From Oscillospiraceae bacterium (GTDB lineage: Bacteria; Bacillota; Clostridia; Oscillospirales; Ruminococcaceae), in contig JAZNKY010000057.1 in the NCBI GenBank assembly GCA_045578805.1, forward strand, positions 4,333 to 68,332: a stretch of 64,000 nt of DNA, in the 5' to 3' direction. Positions 46,656 to 55,733 of this stretch are shown one piece after another (positions within the stretch are counted from its first letter, which is position 1; each line of letters opens with the position of its first letter). A model generated the notes under the pieces. That model ran no database searches and was not told the origin of the DNA. It saw only the letters and a program-made list of their open reading frames with translations. The translations under genes were made by a program, and so were the position numbers.

Positions 46656-49280
46656 TTATCTGTCCAGCATTCCTGTGAGTTCTTCGAGAAGCTCGCGGCA
46701 TTCAGCATCCGTCAGCTCTGCGACGTTTGTGCGGCGCAGGCGGTCGGGAATTTCGGATTCCTGCATACTGCCGAAGCTGATCTGTCCGTCGTGGGGCTTC
46801 TCTTGTACTGCTTTTGCCGCTGAAGCCTGTGCCTCCAGCTCGGCAAGGAGCTGATTGGCGCGGGTGAGCACCTGGCTTGGAAGTCCGGCAAGCTTTGCGA
46901 CATCAATGCCGTAGCTGTCATCCGTGCCGCCTGCGACGATCTTGCGCAGGAATCGGATGCCGTCCCTGCCCTTCTTCACGGCAACACTGTAATTCTTCAC
47001 GCCCTCCATCAGACCTTCGAGGGCAATCAGCTCATGGTAATGCGTGGCAAACAGCGTTTTGCAGCCAAGGCGACGCGAAGAGCAGATATGCTCCGCAACG
47101 GCTCTGGCAATGCTGATACCGTCAAAGGTGGAAGTACCTCTGCCGACTTCGTCGAGGATCACAAGGCTGTCCTTGGTGGCATGGCGGAGGATCTCAGCGA
47201 CCTCGCGCATTTCGACCATGAAGGTACTCTGTCCGGCAGCAAGGTCATCGGACGCGCCGACTCTTGTAAAGATCCTGTCCGCAACGGAGATCTTGGCATA
47301 GGATGCCGGCACGAAGCTGCCGATCTGCGCCATCAGCACAATGAGAGCAGTCTGGCGCATATAGGTCGATTTACCGGACATATTCGGTCCTGTGATAATG
47401 GACAGGCGGTTGGCTCCGGTATCGAGATAGGTATCATTCGGGACAAAGACCTCTTCCTCCAGCATCTGCTCAACTACGGGGTGTCTGCCGTCACGGATGA
47501 AGAGCGTACCGTCAATGGCGATCTCCGGCTTGCAGTAATTGTTCTTTGCCGCTGTTTCCGCAAAGGCTGCCAGCACATCCACTGCGGCAACAGCGGCGGC
47601 AGTTTCCTGCACACTCACAAGTGCCTGCGCCAGATAATCGCGCACCTGCGCATAGAGGTCCTGCTCCAGCTGGAGTGCCTTGTCCTTTGCGCCGAGGACG
47701 GTATTTTCCGCGTCCTTCAGCTCCTGTGTGATGAAGCGTTCACAGTTGGCAAGCGTCTGCTTGCGGATGTAATGCTCTGGTACCAGTTCATAATAGGAAC
47801 GTGTAACCTCCAGATAATAGCCGAATACGCGGTTGAAGCCGACCTTCAGATTGCGGATGCCGGTGCGCTCGCGCTCCTGGTCGCAGATCTCCTCGATCAG
47901 ACTGCTGCCGCCGTTCTGGATGCGGCGCAGCTCGTCCAGATCCCGGTCAAAGCCGTCACGGATGACACCGCCGTCCTTAATGACTGCCGGCGGCTCCTCC
48001 ACGATCGCGCGTTCCACGAGATCTGCAATGCTGTGCAGATCGGAGATCTGTGCATTGAGCTTCTGCAGAAGTGCGGATGCCTGCAACGAGCCGAGCAGTT
48101 CCTTCAGGCGCGGCAGCTCCTGCGCGGTTGCTGCCAGTGCGCGAAGATCGCGGGGCATCGCCTTTTTGTAGACGATTCTTGTCATCAGGCGTTCGAGGTC
48201 ATAGACGCGTTCCAGACAGTCCTGCAGCTCCATCAGCTCCATGCTGTGCTGCATGAGCTGTTCGACTGCATCGAGTCTTGCCATGATCTTTGCAGGACTT
48301 CTCAACGGACGTTCCAGCCATGCCTTCAGCATACGCTTGCCCATGGAGGTGCGGGTACATTCCAGCACCCAGAGGAGGGAGCCTTTCTTTTCGCCCGTGC
48401 GCATCGTGCGGACAAGCTCCAGGTTGCGCATGGCTGTATGATCGAGTGCCATGTAGGCGGAAGTATCGCTCAGTTCAAGGCTGACGAATCTGCCGACCGG
48501 CACCTTCTGTGTGGTCTGGATGTAGTCGAACATGCCGCAGACTGCCGCAGTCTCACAGCCGGATTCCTTGAGTCCAAGCTGTGCAAGGTTTTCCGCTGAA
48601 AACTGTGCGCAGACAATGGCGGCGGACTGCTCCGGTGAAAAGCATTTCTCATCTCTGAGAGCAGCGGCGCATTTCAGGCGGATCTTGAGGAAATCCCCCA
48701 CCTCACGCAGGGAGAGGAAAGCCGCATTGAAAATGATCTCCGCCGGGGTATAGCGGGACAGGAGGGTGATGATCTCATCCTCCGCATGTTTTGGCGGGAT
48801 GGGATAGAGGGATGCTTCACCCGTGGAGAGATCGGCAAAGCAGAGCGCGGTGCCGTCCAGTCCGCAGTAGGCGCAGCAGAGATAGTTATTGGAGGAATCA
48901 TCGAGCATATTATTCTCGATGACCGTACCGGGCGTGACGATGCGGATGACCTCGCGTTCCACAAGTCCCTTGCTCTGCGCAGGATCCGTCATCTGCTCAC
49001 AGATGGCGACACGGTAGCCGAGGTCGATCAGCCGCTTGATGTACAGCTCGCTGCTGTGATAGGGTACGCCGCACATGGGGGCGCGCTCGTCCAGACCGCA
49101 GTCTCTGCCGGTCAGCGTCAGCTCCAGGTCACGGGAAACACGGAGGGCATCGTCAAAGAACATCTCATAGAAATCTCCCAGTCTGTAGAACAGCACACAG
49201 TCCGGATACTGTGCCTTCGTATCCGCATACTGCTGCATCATGGGGGATAATTTTGCTCTGTCGATTTCTTTGAGTTCCAT
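46656..49280 (-). CDS. mutS: DNA mismatch repair protein MutS
   Basis: N-terminal TPMMQQY-like block (SPMMQQYADTK), Walker A GPNMSGKST, DEVGRGTSTFDG. Confidence 0.97.
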   Translation of the reverse strand: MELKEIDRAKLSPMMQQYADTKAQYPDCVLFYRLGDFYEMFFDDALRVSRDLELTLTGRDCGLDERAPMCGVPYHSSELYIKRLIDLGYRVAICEQMTDPAQSKGLVEREVIRIVTPGTVIENNMLDDSSNNYLCCAYCGLDGTALCFADLSTGEASLYPIPPKHAEDEIITLLSRYTPAEIIFNAAFLSLREVGDFLKIRLKCAAALRDEKCFSPEQSAAIVCAQFSAENLAQLGLKESGCETAAVCGMFDYIQTTQKVPVGRFVSLELSDTSAYMALDHTAMRNLELVRTMRTGEKKGSLLWVLECTRTSMGKRMLKAWLERPLRSPAKIMARLDAVEQLMQHSMELMELQDCLERVYDLERLMTRIVYKKAMPRDLRALAATAQELPRLKELLGSLQASALLQKLNAQISDLHSIADLVERAIVEEPPAVIKDGGVIRDGFDRDLDELRRIQNGGSSLIEEICDQERERTGIRNLKVGFNRVFGYYLEVTRSYYELVPEHYIRKQTLANCERFITQELKDAENTVLGAKDKALQLEQDLYAQVRDYLAQALVSVQETAAAVAAVDVLAAFAETAAKNNYCKPEIAIDGTLFIRDGRHPVVEQMLEEEVFVPNDTYLDTGANRLSIITGPNMSGKSTYMRQTALIVLMAQIGSFVPASYAKISVADRIFTRVGASDDLAAGQSTFMVEMREVAEILRHATKDSLVILDEVGRGTSTFDGISIARAVAEHICSSRRLGCKTLFATHYHELIALEGLMEGVKNYSVAVKKGRDGIRFLRKIVAGGTDDSYGIDVAKLAGLPSQVLTRANQLLAELEAQASAAKAVQEKPHDGQISFGSMQESEIPDRLRRTNVAELTDAECRELLEELTGMLDR

Positions 49281-49318
49281 GCTTATGCCTGCCTTCCGTG
49301 TTTTTTTAATACTGTTTT

Positions 49319-49562
49319 CTTAAGCGGGTAATGTCAACAACTCAAGTATTCTAATGATCGCTCTGCAAAACTGCCCCACCCCCTGCCCCCTCCCAAAGGG
49401 AGGGGGATTTTGGGCGGGGGCTGCGCCCCCGCGACCCGCCAAAGGGGTGACTCCCCACGGAGTGGGGAGATGCTGAACGAAGCGAGGCAGAGGGGACGGG
49501 AGCCTGTTAGGCTGCTGCCCCTTTGAACCTGTTAAGTTGTTGAGATTGCTTAAGCGGGGTAA
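49319..49562 (-). repeat. Family-A repeat, copy A2, with terminal inverted and flanking direct repeats
   Basis: Hairpins 49386-49406, 49414-49432, 49451-49469. TIRs ATGTCAACAACTCAAG (49331-49346) and GTTAAGTTGTTGAGAT (49531-49546). Direct CTTAAGCGGG(G)TAA at 49319-49331 and 49549-49562. Confidence 0.8.
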
Positions 49563-49621
49563 CCTGCCAAAAGCCGCCTTTTGAAAGCAATTTCGTTACA
49601 AATTCTGAATATTTAATGGAT

Positions 49622-50029
49622 TTAGTGACATCCGCTGCAGCTGCTGCAGTTGCCGCCGCAGGAGATCTCGCCGGTGCCGCAGGTCTCCGGATCTTCGCCG
49701 TTGGCTGCCATGGTGATGATGTGGTTCACCTGATTCAGCAGGCTGTCCATGCCTTCCTTGGCAGCAGTAAATACCATCATTTTCGGGTTTTCCATGATCT
49801 GCTTGTAGAGGGACTTGATGACGCTGTCAAGCTCTGCCACCTTATCCTGATCCTTGTCGGGCTTGCCCATCTCCATATTCAGCTCCATGCGCTTGAGATT
49901 GAATGCGCCGATGAGGTTCTGGAGCTGTTCGTCCTCGTCGTTTGCCTGCTTTGCGAGGTTGTAAGCGATGTAGCGGTCATCTGCCTGAATGGCTTTGCCG
50001 AGTTCTCTTGTCATCTGAATAATATCCAT
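49622..50029 (-). CDS. ymcA: YmcA/YlbF-family regulator (RicA-like) with Cys-rich C-terminal tail
   Basis: Helical YlbF/YmcA-type protein. Position between miaB and mutS matches the remembered Bacillus subtilis ymcB(miaB)-ymcA-...-mutS order. Tail CGTGEISCGGNCSSCSGCH. Confidence 0.75.
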   Translation of the reverse strand: MDIIQMTRELGKAIQADDRYIAYNLAKQANDEDEQLQNLIGAFNLKRMELNMEMGKPDKDQDKVAELDSVIKSLYKQIMENPKMMVFTAAKEGMDSLLNQVNHIITMAANGEDPETCGTGEISCGGNCSSCSGCH

Positions 50030-50121
50030 GGTGGGTTCTCCTTTTCTTTTGGATGATTGATTTGTTTTTCTTGGAGGGATTCAGGGGCGTTTCTAAAAAC
50101 CGCCGCAGCTTGCAGAAAAAA

Positions 50122-50300
50122 TCTTTTTTCTGGGGTTAGCACACCAAAATTGCCCCCACCCCAACCCCTCCCCGAGGGGAGGGGCTTTCATCGGAGGCGG
50201 GTGCGCCGCCTCCACCGCCCAAGGGGCTGCCGCCCCTTGGAACCCCGCTTTGGGGACTTCGTCCCCTTTCCCCCTTTAAGTTGTTGACATTGCCTTAAAG
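50122..50300 (-). repeat. Family-A repeat, copy A3
   Basis: Hairpins 50165-50184, 50193-50213, 50220-50239, 50252-50266. Terminal TTTAAGTTGTTGACATTGCCTTAAAG (50275-50300) matches the A2 end. Confidence 0.8.
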
Positions 50301-50318
50301 AGGCTTTTTGCAATGAAT

Positions 50319-51740
50319 TTACACAAGTTCCCCCGTCACCAGTCCATTGTGGGTTTCTGTGATTTTCACATTCACAAATGTGCCGATCAGCTCCGGATCA
50401 CCTGCAAATTCTACGAGCATGTTTTCCGAGCTTCTGCCCGTGAGCAGCTCCGGACGCTTGCGGCTCTGTCCGTCCGCGAGTACACGGATGGTTCTGCCAA
50501 GAAAGCGGCGGTTGTTCTCTACGGAAATTTCACGCTGGAGCGCAAGCAGACGCTGCATTCTCTCGCTTTTTTCGGCATCGGGGGTGCTGTCCGGCATGAC
50601 TGCCGCCTTTGTTCCGGTGCGCTTGGAATAGATAAAGGAATACACATTATCATAGCGTACCCGGCGCATCACAGCAAGCGTCCCCCCGAAATCCTCTGCG
50701 GTTTCATCGGGAAAGCCTACAATGAGGTCGGTGGTCAGGGAAAATTCCGGATCACGGCTGCGAATATAGTCCACCTTTTCCAGATACTGTGCCACCGTAT
50801 AGCGGCGGTTCATGCGCTGCAGCACATCGTCACTGCCCGACTGCACCGGCAGATGCAGGTGCTTGGCAAGGTGGCGGCATTCCAGAATGGCATCCATCAT
50901 TTCCGGGGTCGCGTCCTTCGGATGGGAGGACATGAAGCGGATCCAGAATTCACCCTCGATCTGATCGAGTTCGCGCAGAAGCGCGGGGAAATCCATACCG
51001 TTCTCCAGATCCTTGCCATAGGAATTGACATTCTGCCCAAGGAGCACGATCTCCTTGTAGCCCTGTTCCACGAGTTCCCGTACTTCTGCAAGGATATGCT
51101 CCGGTCTTCTGCTGCGCTCCCGGCCGCGGACATAGGGGACAATGCAGTAGGTACAGAAGTTGTTGCATCCGAACATGATCGGCACGGATGCCTTGAAGCG
51201 GCTCTCGCGGACGGATTCCAGACCTTCGGGAATATCCGTATAGATCTCAATATCCTGCGCATATTTCATTCCATGCATATGTGCATAGAGCATCTGCGCC
51301 AGACGGCTGACAGCGGATGTGCCGAGAACAATATCCACATGGCGGTAGGACTCGCGTATCTTATCCGCGATCTGCGGCTGTGCGGTCATGCAGCCTGTCA
51401 CGCAGATAATGAGCGCGGGGTTGTCGCGCTTCAGCTTCTTGATGCTGCCAAGGGTACCGAACACGCGGTCCTCCGCGTTTTCACGCACAGCGCAGGTATG
51501 GTATAAAATCAGGGAAGCCTTCGCAATATCCTGCGTCAGACCATAGCCCATCTGCTTCAGGATGCCGCTGAGCTTCTCGCCGTCTGCCACATTGAGCTGA
51601 CAGCCGAAGCTATGCACATAGGCAAGCGGTGTTTCCGGCATGGCTTCCGTCCAGGCGCGGACTGCCTGCACACATTGTTCCGGTGCCGGCAGATCATTCC
51701 TATCCAGTGTTTCAGGCAAAGTGTTCCCTCCTTCATTCAT
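50319..51740 (-). CDS. miaB: tRNA-2-methylthio-N6-dimethylallyladenosine synthase (radical SAM methylthiotransferase)
   Basis: UPF0004 N-domain (SFGCQLNVADGE), radical-SAM CNNFCTYCIVP, TRAM C-terminus. ATG 51740 lacks an RBS; in-frame TTG 51719 sits 6 nt after GGAGGG and may be the true start. Confidence 0.9.
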   Translation of the reverse strand: MNEGGNTLPETLDRNDLPAPEQCVQAVRAWTEAMPETPLAYVHSFGCQLNVADGEKLSGILKQMGYGLTQDIAKASLILYHTCAVRENAEDRVFGTLGSIKKLKRDNPALIICVTGCMTAQPQIADKIRESYRHVDIVLGTSAVSRLAQMLYAHMHGMKYAQDIEIYTDIPEGLESVRESRFKASVPIMFGCNNFCTYCIVPYVRGRERSRRPEHILAEVRELVEQGYKEIVLLGQNVNSYGKDLENGMDFPALLRELDQIEGEFWIRFMSSHPKDATPEMMDAILECRHLAKHLHLPVQSGSDDVLQRMNRRYTVAQYLEKVDYIRSRDPEFSLTTDLIVGFPDETAEDFGGTLAVMRRVRYDNVYSFIYSKRTGTKAAVMPDSTPDAEKSERMQRLLALQREISVENNRRFLGRTIRVLADGQSRKRPELLTGRSSENMLVEFAGDPELIGTFVNVKITETHNGLVTGELV

Positions 51741-51792
51741 AGTTTTACAGTTTATTATAACACACAAGCAGAAAAAATGCAAGTTTTTTCGT

Positions 51793-51830
51793 AAAAAAAC
51801 TGCAATCCCCGAATCATGCGGGAATTGCAG
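51793..51830 (-). terminator. Intrinsic terminator after the glycosylase gene
   Basis: Minus strand CTGCAATTCCC-gcatgattc-GGGGATTGCAG followed by TTTTTTT. Confidence 0.75.
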
Positions 51831-51836
51831 CTTCTG

Positions 51837-52349
51837 CTATTTGTCCATGACAAACCGCCACGGCATGTTTTTCCAGTAATCGCCTGCATAGTCGATCCCC
51901 ACGCGCACATCCGTATGATGGGTGCAGGGTCTGCCGTCGTCCTCGATCCACAGCTCCTGTGAAGTCAGGAAGCTGCCGCCATTGAAGCTGCGGTCGATCT
52001 GCAGGGATTTTGTCAGCTTTGCGGGACCGTCATACTGTTCGCCGGCACGGAACAATACGCCCTGGGGCTGTTCCTTTTCGCCTGTGATGACATTCATCAG
52101 ATTGTGCATTCCATAGCAGAGATAAACATAGATCAGACCGCTTTCCCGGTAGAGGATCTCCGTGCGGGGCGTTCTTCCCTTTGACGCATGGCAGGCAAGA
52201 TCCTCCGTGCCGCGGTACGCCTCCGTTTCCGCGATGCGCTCACGCAGCTCCGTGCCGTCCGGCAGACGGCGGACAAGGATCTTTCCGACGAGATCGGGAG
52301 CGACCTCCAGACAGTCGCGGTGAAAAAAGGCTTCGTCCAGTCGTTTCAT
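51837..52349 (-). CDS. DNA-3-methyladenine glycosylase (Mpg/AAG family)
   Basis: 170 aa; EAYRGTEDLACHASKGRTPR and YVYLCYGMHNLMNV blocks typical of the AAG fold. Confidence 0.88.
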   Translation of the reverse strand: MKRLDEAFFHRDCLEVAPDLVGKILVRRLPDGTELRERIAETEAYRGTEDLACHASKGRTPRTEILYRESGLIYVYLCYGMHNLMNVITGEKEQPQGVLFRAGEQYDGPAKLTKSLQIDRSFNGGSFLTSQELWIEDDGRPCTHHTDVRVGIDYAGDYWKNMPWRFVMDK

Positions 52350-52363
52350 GCGGTGTGCCTCCG

Positions 52364-54118
52364 TTATACTTTCTGTGCGAGCTTCTCGCAGAGCTGTGCA
52401 TCGGGCTTGACGTACAGGGTCTGCTGGTTCGTAAAGATGACCATGCCGGGTTTTGCACCATTGGGCTTCTTGACAAATTTCACGCGGGTAAAATCCACAG
52501 GCACCTGCGCGGAATCCCGCGCCTTGCTGTGATATGCGGCAAGCACTGCCGCTTGGCGGATCGCGGTTTCACTCGGCTCTGCGCCGTCCGTCACAAGGAT
52601 GACATGGGAACCGGGGATGTTCTGGGTATGCAGCCAGATGTCCTGCTTTGCCGCCTGCTTGGTCGTCAGGAGGTCGTTCTGCCGGTTGTTGCGTCCGACA
52701 AGGATCATGAAGCCATCCTCGCTGCGGTAGACCATCGGGGGCTGCTGCTTTGTGGGCTTCTGTCTGCCGCTGCGCTTTTTGAGATACCCCTGTTCACAAA
52801 GCTCCTCGCGCAGAAGCAGGAGGTCGGCTTCGGATTCTGCACGGCTCAGGACATCGAACACACTTTCCAGATAGACCAGCTCCTGCTCGCCCTGTGCGAT
52901 CTGCTCAGTGAGCTTTTCCTTTGCGGTTGCTGCCTTGCGGTAGAATGTATAGTACCGCTGGGCATTCTGTGCCGGGGTCAGATTCACCTGCAGGGGAATG
53001 CTGATCTGCGGGCAGTCCTCCTCATAGAAATTCTCCAGAACTGCCGCTGTATCACCCTTTTGCAGGCGGTAGAGATTGGCGGAGAGAAGATCGCCGTACA
53101 GCTTGTTGCGTTCCATCTTATCGGTTTCCGCAAGCTCCGTGCGCTGGTTTTCGAGCTTCCGGCTCACACGCTCCAGGCGCGTCATGACAAGGCGGAACAG
53201 ATCATTGGCCCTCTGTTTCATTCTTGCGTGGAGATCGCGTTCGGTGTAGAAGGCATCCAGTGCCGCGCTTGCACTCGGCATCGGTCGGACGACCAGCAAT
53301 GCGCCGTACTGTTCCGGGCGCAGGAAGCAGTAATCCTTGAGCTGTCCCTCCGGTATCTGCAGGAGGCTGAACTGACAGCTGCCCGTCCGGAGCATTTCTG
53401 CTGTCCGGCGGAGTGTGAACAGCAGGCGGTCGCGGTGATCCTGCGTCATATCGTGGGTGCGCAGCGTGCTGCCCTTGCTGACATAATATGCCCACTCCCT
53501 GGCAAGCAGGGGGGATACGCCCTCAAACAGCTGTACCAGTGCCTTGTCCAGCGGTGCATCGGGCGCGAGCAGAAGCGCGGAGATCACCGTTTCATCATCC
53601 GTATCCATAAAATTCAGTCTGCGGCTCCGATGGGGCATCTCATAGGGAAAGCCCGGCAGGATCACACGGTCGCGCGTGACATCCGCATTGCGCTTCAGGC
53701 TGTCGATGATCTTTCCGTCCTGGTCATAGAGGGTGCAGTTGGAATATCTGCCCATGACCTCACATGCCAGTGTCAGCTGTACGCGGTCACCCAGCTCGTT
53801 GATGCACTCAAAATCCAGAAAAAGAACGCGCTCCAGACCATCCTGCCGTGCCGCAAGAAGCTTGCCGCCGCCGAGATGCTTGCGGAGCAGCATACAGAAC
53901 ATGGGCGGAACTGCCGGATTTTCGATCACTGCCTCCGTCAGATGCAGTCTTGCGCTGTCGCCGGCGGTGCTGATGAGAAGCTTCTGCATTCCCTCGCGTC
54001 CGCGCAGATGAATGACGATCTCATCACGGGAGGGCTGGTGGATCTTGTCCGCCCTCGCACCGGTCATTGCTTCGATCTCCTGTTTTACTGCATATAAATA
54101 TGCGCCGTCAAATGCCAT
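52364..54118 (-). CDS. rqcH: NFACT-family ribosome quality control protein (RqcH / FbpA-like)
   Basis: MAFDGAYL...KIHQPSRDEIV NFACT-N start, central coiled coil, NFACT-R C-terminal region (HTQNIPGSHVIL). Confidence 0.85.
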   Translation of the reverse strand: MAFDGAYLYAVKQEIEAMTGARADKIHQPSRDEIVIHLRGREGMQKLLISTAGDSARLHLTEAVIENPAVPPMFCMLLRKHLGGGKLLAARQDGLERVLFLDFECINELGDRVQLTLACEVMGRYSNCTLYDQDGKIIDSLKRNADVTRDRVILPGFPYEMPHRSRRLNFMDTDDETVISALLLAPDAPLDKALVQLFEGVSPLLAREWAYYVSKGSTLRTHDMTQDHRDRLLFTLRRTAEMLRTGSCQFSLLQIPEGQLKDYCFLRPEQYGALLVVRPMPSASAALDAFYTERDLHARMKQRANDLFRLVMTRLERVSRKLENQRTELAETDKMERNKLYGDLLSANLYRLQKGDTAAVLENFYEEDCPQISIPLQVNLTPAQNAQRYYTFYRKAATAKEKLTEQIAQGEQELVYLESVFDVLSRAESEADLLLLREELCEQGYLKKRSGRQKPTKQQPPMVYRSEDGFMILVGRNNRQNDLLTTKQAAKQDIWLHTQNIPGSHVILVTDGAEPSETAIRQAAVLAAYHSKARDSAQVPVDFTRVKFVKKPNGAKPGMVIFTNQQTLYVKPDAQLCEKLAQKV

Positions 54119-54139
54119 GGTATTCCTCCTGCAGGTGTG

Positions 54140-54967
54140 CTATTGTTTGCGATAGATCAGAATTTCAAACGAGGTCTGTGTTGTCAGGCTTTGCAGTGCT
54201 GCAAGGCGTTCGCGCTCTGCCGCCCCTGTCCGGTAGGCATAAGGGGTCATGCTGAACAGGTCAGCAATCTCCTGCGGATCATTGAGCGTGATCTCCCTTT
54301 CCGCCGTGCGCTTCTCTATGAAGCGGAAGCCTTCCAGCGCGTAATCCTTTACCGCATTCTCATAGGGCTGCGCATACACGGCTGCTTTCAGCTCCCAGAG
54401 GTGCTTTGCCGCCGGAATGACCATCACCAGACAGCCGTCCGGTCGGAGGACGCGCTGAAATTCCTCTCCGCAGTAGGGCGCAAAGATGCTCATGACAAGG
54501 TCACAACTCTCTGTCCGTACCGGGAGATGGAACACGCTTGCCACTGCATAATCCGTCCCCTTATCCGCGCGGGCGGCAAGGTCAGCGGCGGTCTTGGAGA
54601 TGTCAGCACCATATACGGCGGCTCCATGTCCGGACTGTTCCAGGGCTTCACGCACTGCCTTGGTGTAATAGCCCTCTCCGCAGCCGGCATCCAGCAGAAC
54701 GCCCTGTGCCGGCAGATGCTCCGTCACCGCTGTGCAAAGTGTTTCCATCAGGTGGGCATAATATCCCCTGCCGAGAAAATTCCGCCGTGCGCGTACCATC
54801 TCCGGATTGTCACCGGGGAGCTTTGCATTCTGGCGGCTCGACGGCAGCAGATGCACATAGCCGCTTCTGCCGCGGTCAAAGCTGTGGCGTTTCTCACATT
54901 TCAGACTTTTGCCGTCCTGCTGCAGCGGCAGACTGCAGACAGGACAGCACCAGATACTATCAGACAT
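54140..54967 (-). CDS. rlmA: 23S rRNA (guanine-N1)-methyltransferase RlmA family
   Basis: N-terminal zinc ribbon CPVC...CEKRH, SAM motif VLLDAGCGEGYY. Confidence 0.8.
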   Translation of the reverse strand: MSDSIWCCPVCSLPLQQDGKSLKCEKRHSFDRGRSGYVHLLPSSRQNAKLPGDNPEMVRARRNFLGRGYYAHLMETLCTAVTEHLPAQGVLLDAGCGEGYYTKAVREALEQSGHGAAVYGADISKTAADLAARADKGTDYAVASVFHLPVRTESCDLVMSIFAPYCGEEFQRVLRPDGCLVMVIPAAKHLWELKAAVYAQPYENAVKDYALEGFRFIEKRTAEREITLNDPQEIADLFSMTPYAYRTGAAERERLAALQSLTTQTSFEILIYRKQ

Positions 54968-55733
54968 ATTTGATCAGCTCTCCGCCGTCCCATTCTGTGA
55001 TTTCCAGAGCGGGCAGCTTTTCTTTCAGCATTTTTGCGAGATAGGGTACTGCCATTGCCTCCGTCTGGAAGTGACCGCAGTCAATCAGGGAAATGAAATT
55101 ATCCCGCGCTGTACCCCAGCGGTCGTGCTTGACATCGCCCGTCAGCAGTGCGCCCGCGCCCAGTGCATCCGCCTTTTCAAGGAGCGATGCCCCGGAGCCG
55201 CCGCAGATGGCAAGCTTCGACACCTTTTCATCATTCACGCCTGCGTCCAGATAGCGGACAGTATTGCACTTGAGGACTTCCTTGGCGATCTTCGCAATAT
55301 CCTCAACGCTCTTGGCTTCCGCAAGGGTCACGATCCTGCCGAGACCGGATTCCTCCAGCGGGAAAACCTCATCGGTCAGACCAAGCTTTTCGCGGAGCAT
55401 GTCCACGAGCAGGTCATTGATGCCGCCGTCTACAATATCCAGCGGTGTATGGCAGCAGATGGCTGTCATGTTGTTGGATGCGAGCTGGTACACAGGATGC
55501 TCCGCCGATACGGACTTCAGGGGCGAGAAGATCACGGGATGATGTGAAACGATCATTTCGCAGCCGAGGGATGCTGCCTTGTCGATCACCGGCATGGTGA
55601 TGTCAAGGGCAACCATCACATGCTTGACCTCCTGCCAGCCGGAGCCGACCAGCAATCCGGAATTATCCCATCCCTCCTGCATTTCAAAGGGTGCAATGGC
55701 ATTGACTGCCGCAAGAATTTCCTGTACTTTCAT
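54960..55733 (-). CDS. Nif3-like dinuclear metal-centre protein
   Basis: 257 aa, EGWDNSGLLVG and VSHHPVIF blocks; conserved pairing with trmK. Confidence 0.85.
   Translation of the reverse strand: MKVQEILAAVNAIAPFEMQEGWDNSGLLVGSGWQEVKHVMVALDITMPVIDKAASLGCEMIVSHHPVIFSPLKSVSAEHPVYQLASNNMTAICCHTPLDIVDGGINDLLVDMLREKLGLTDEVFPLEESGLGRIVTLAEAKSVEDIAKIAKEVLKCNTVRYLDAGVNDEKVSKLAICGGSGASLLEKADALGAGALLTGDVKHDRWGTARDNFISLIDCGHFQTEAMAVPYLAKMLKEKLPALEITEWDGGELIKYV

Noticed and set aside
49625-49681. Cys-rich tail CGTGEISCGGNCSSCSGCH on the YmcA-like protein, a possible novel metal-binding appendage.
   Set aside because: YmcA/YlbF/YaaT (Ric) complexes are known to carry Fe-S clusters, so a cysteine-rich terminus plausibly belongs to that known biology. 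Without a family alignment I cannot claim it is unusual.
49319-50300. Could the clustered G+C palindromes be a CRISPR array?
   Set aside because: The stems are different sequences of 6-10 bp at irregular spacing. There are no 25-40 nt direct repeats, no unique spacers of constant length, and no cas genes in the window.
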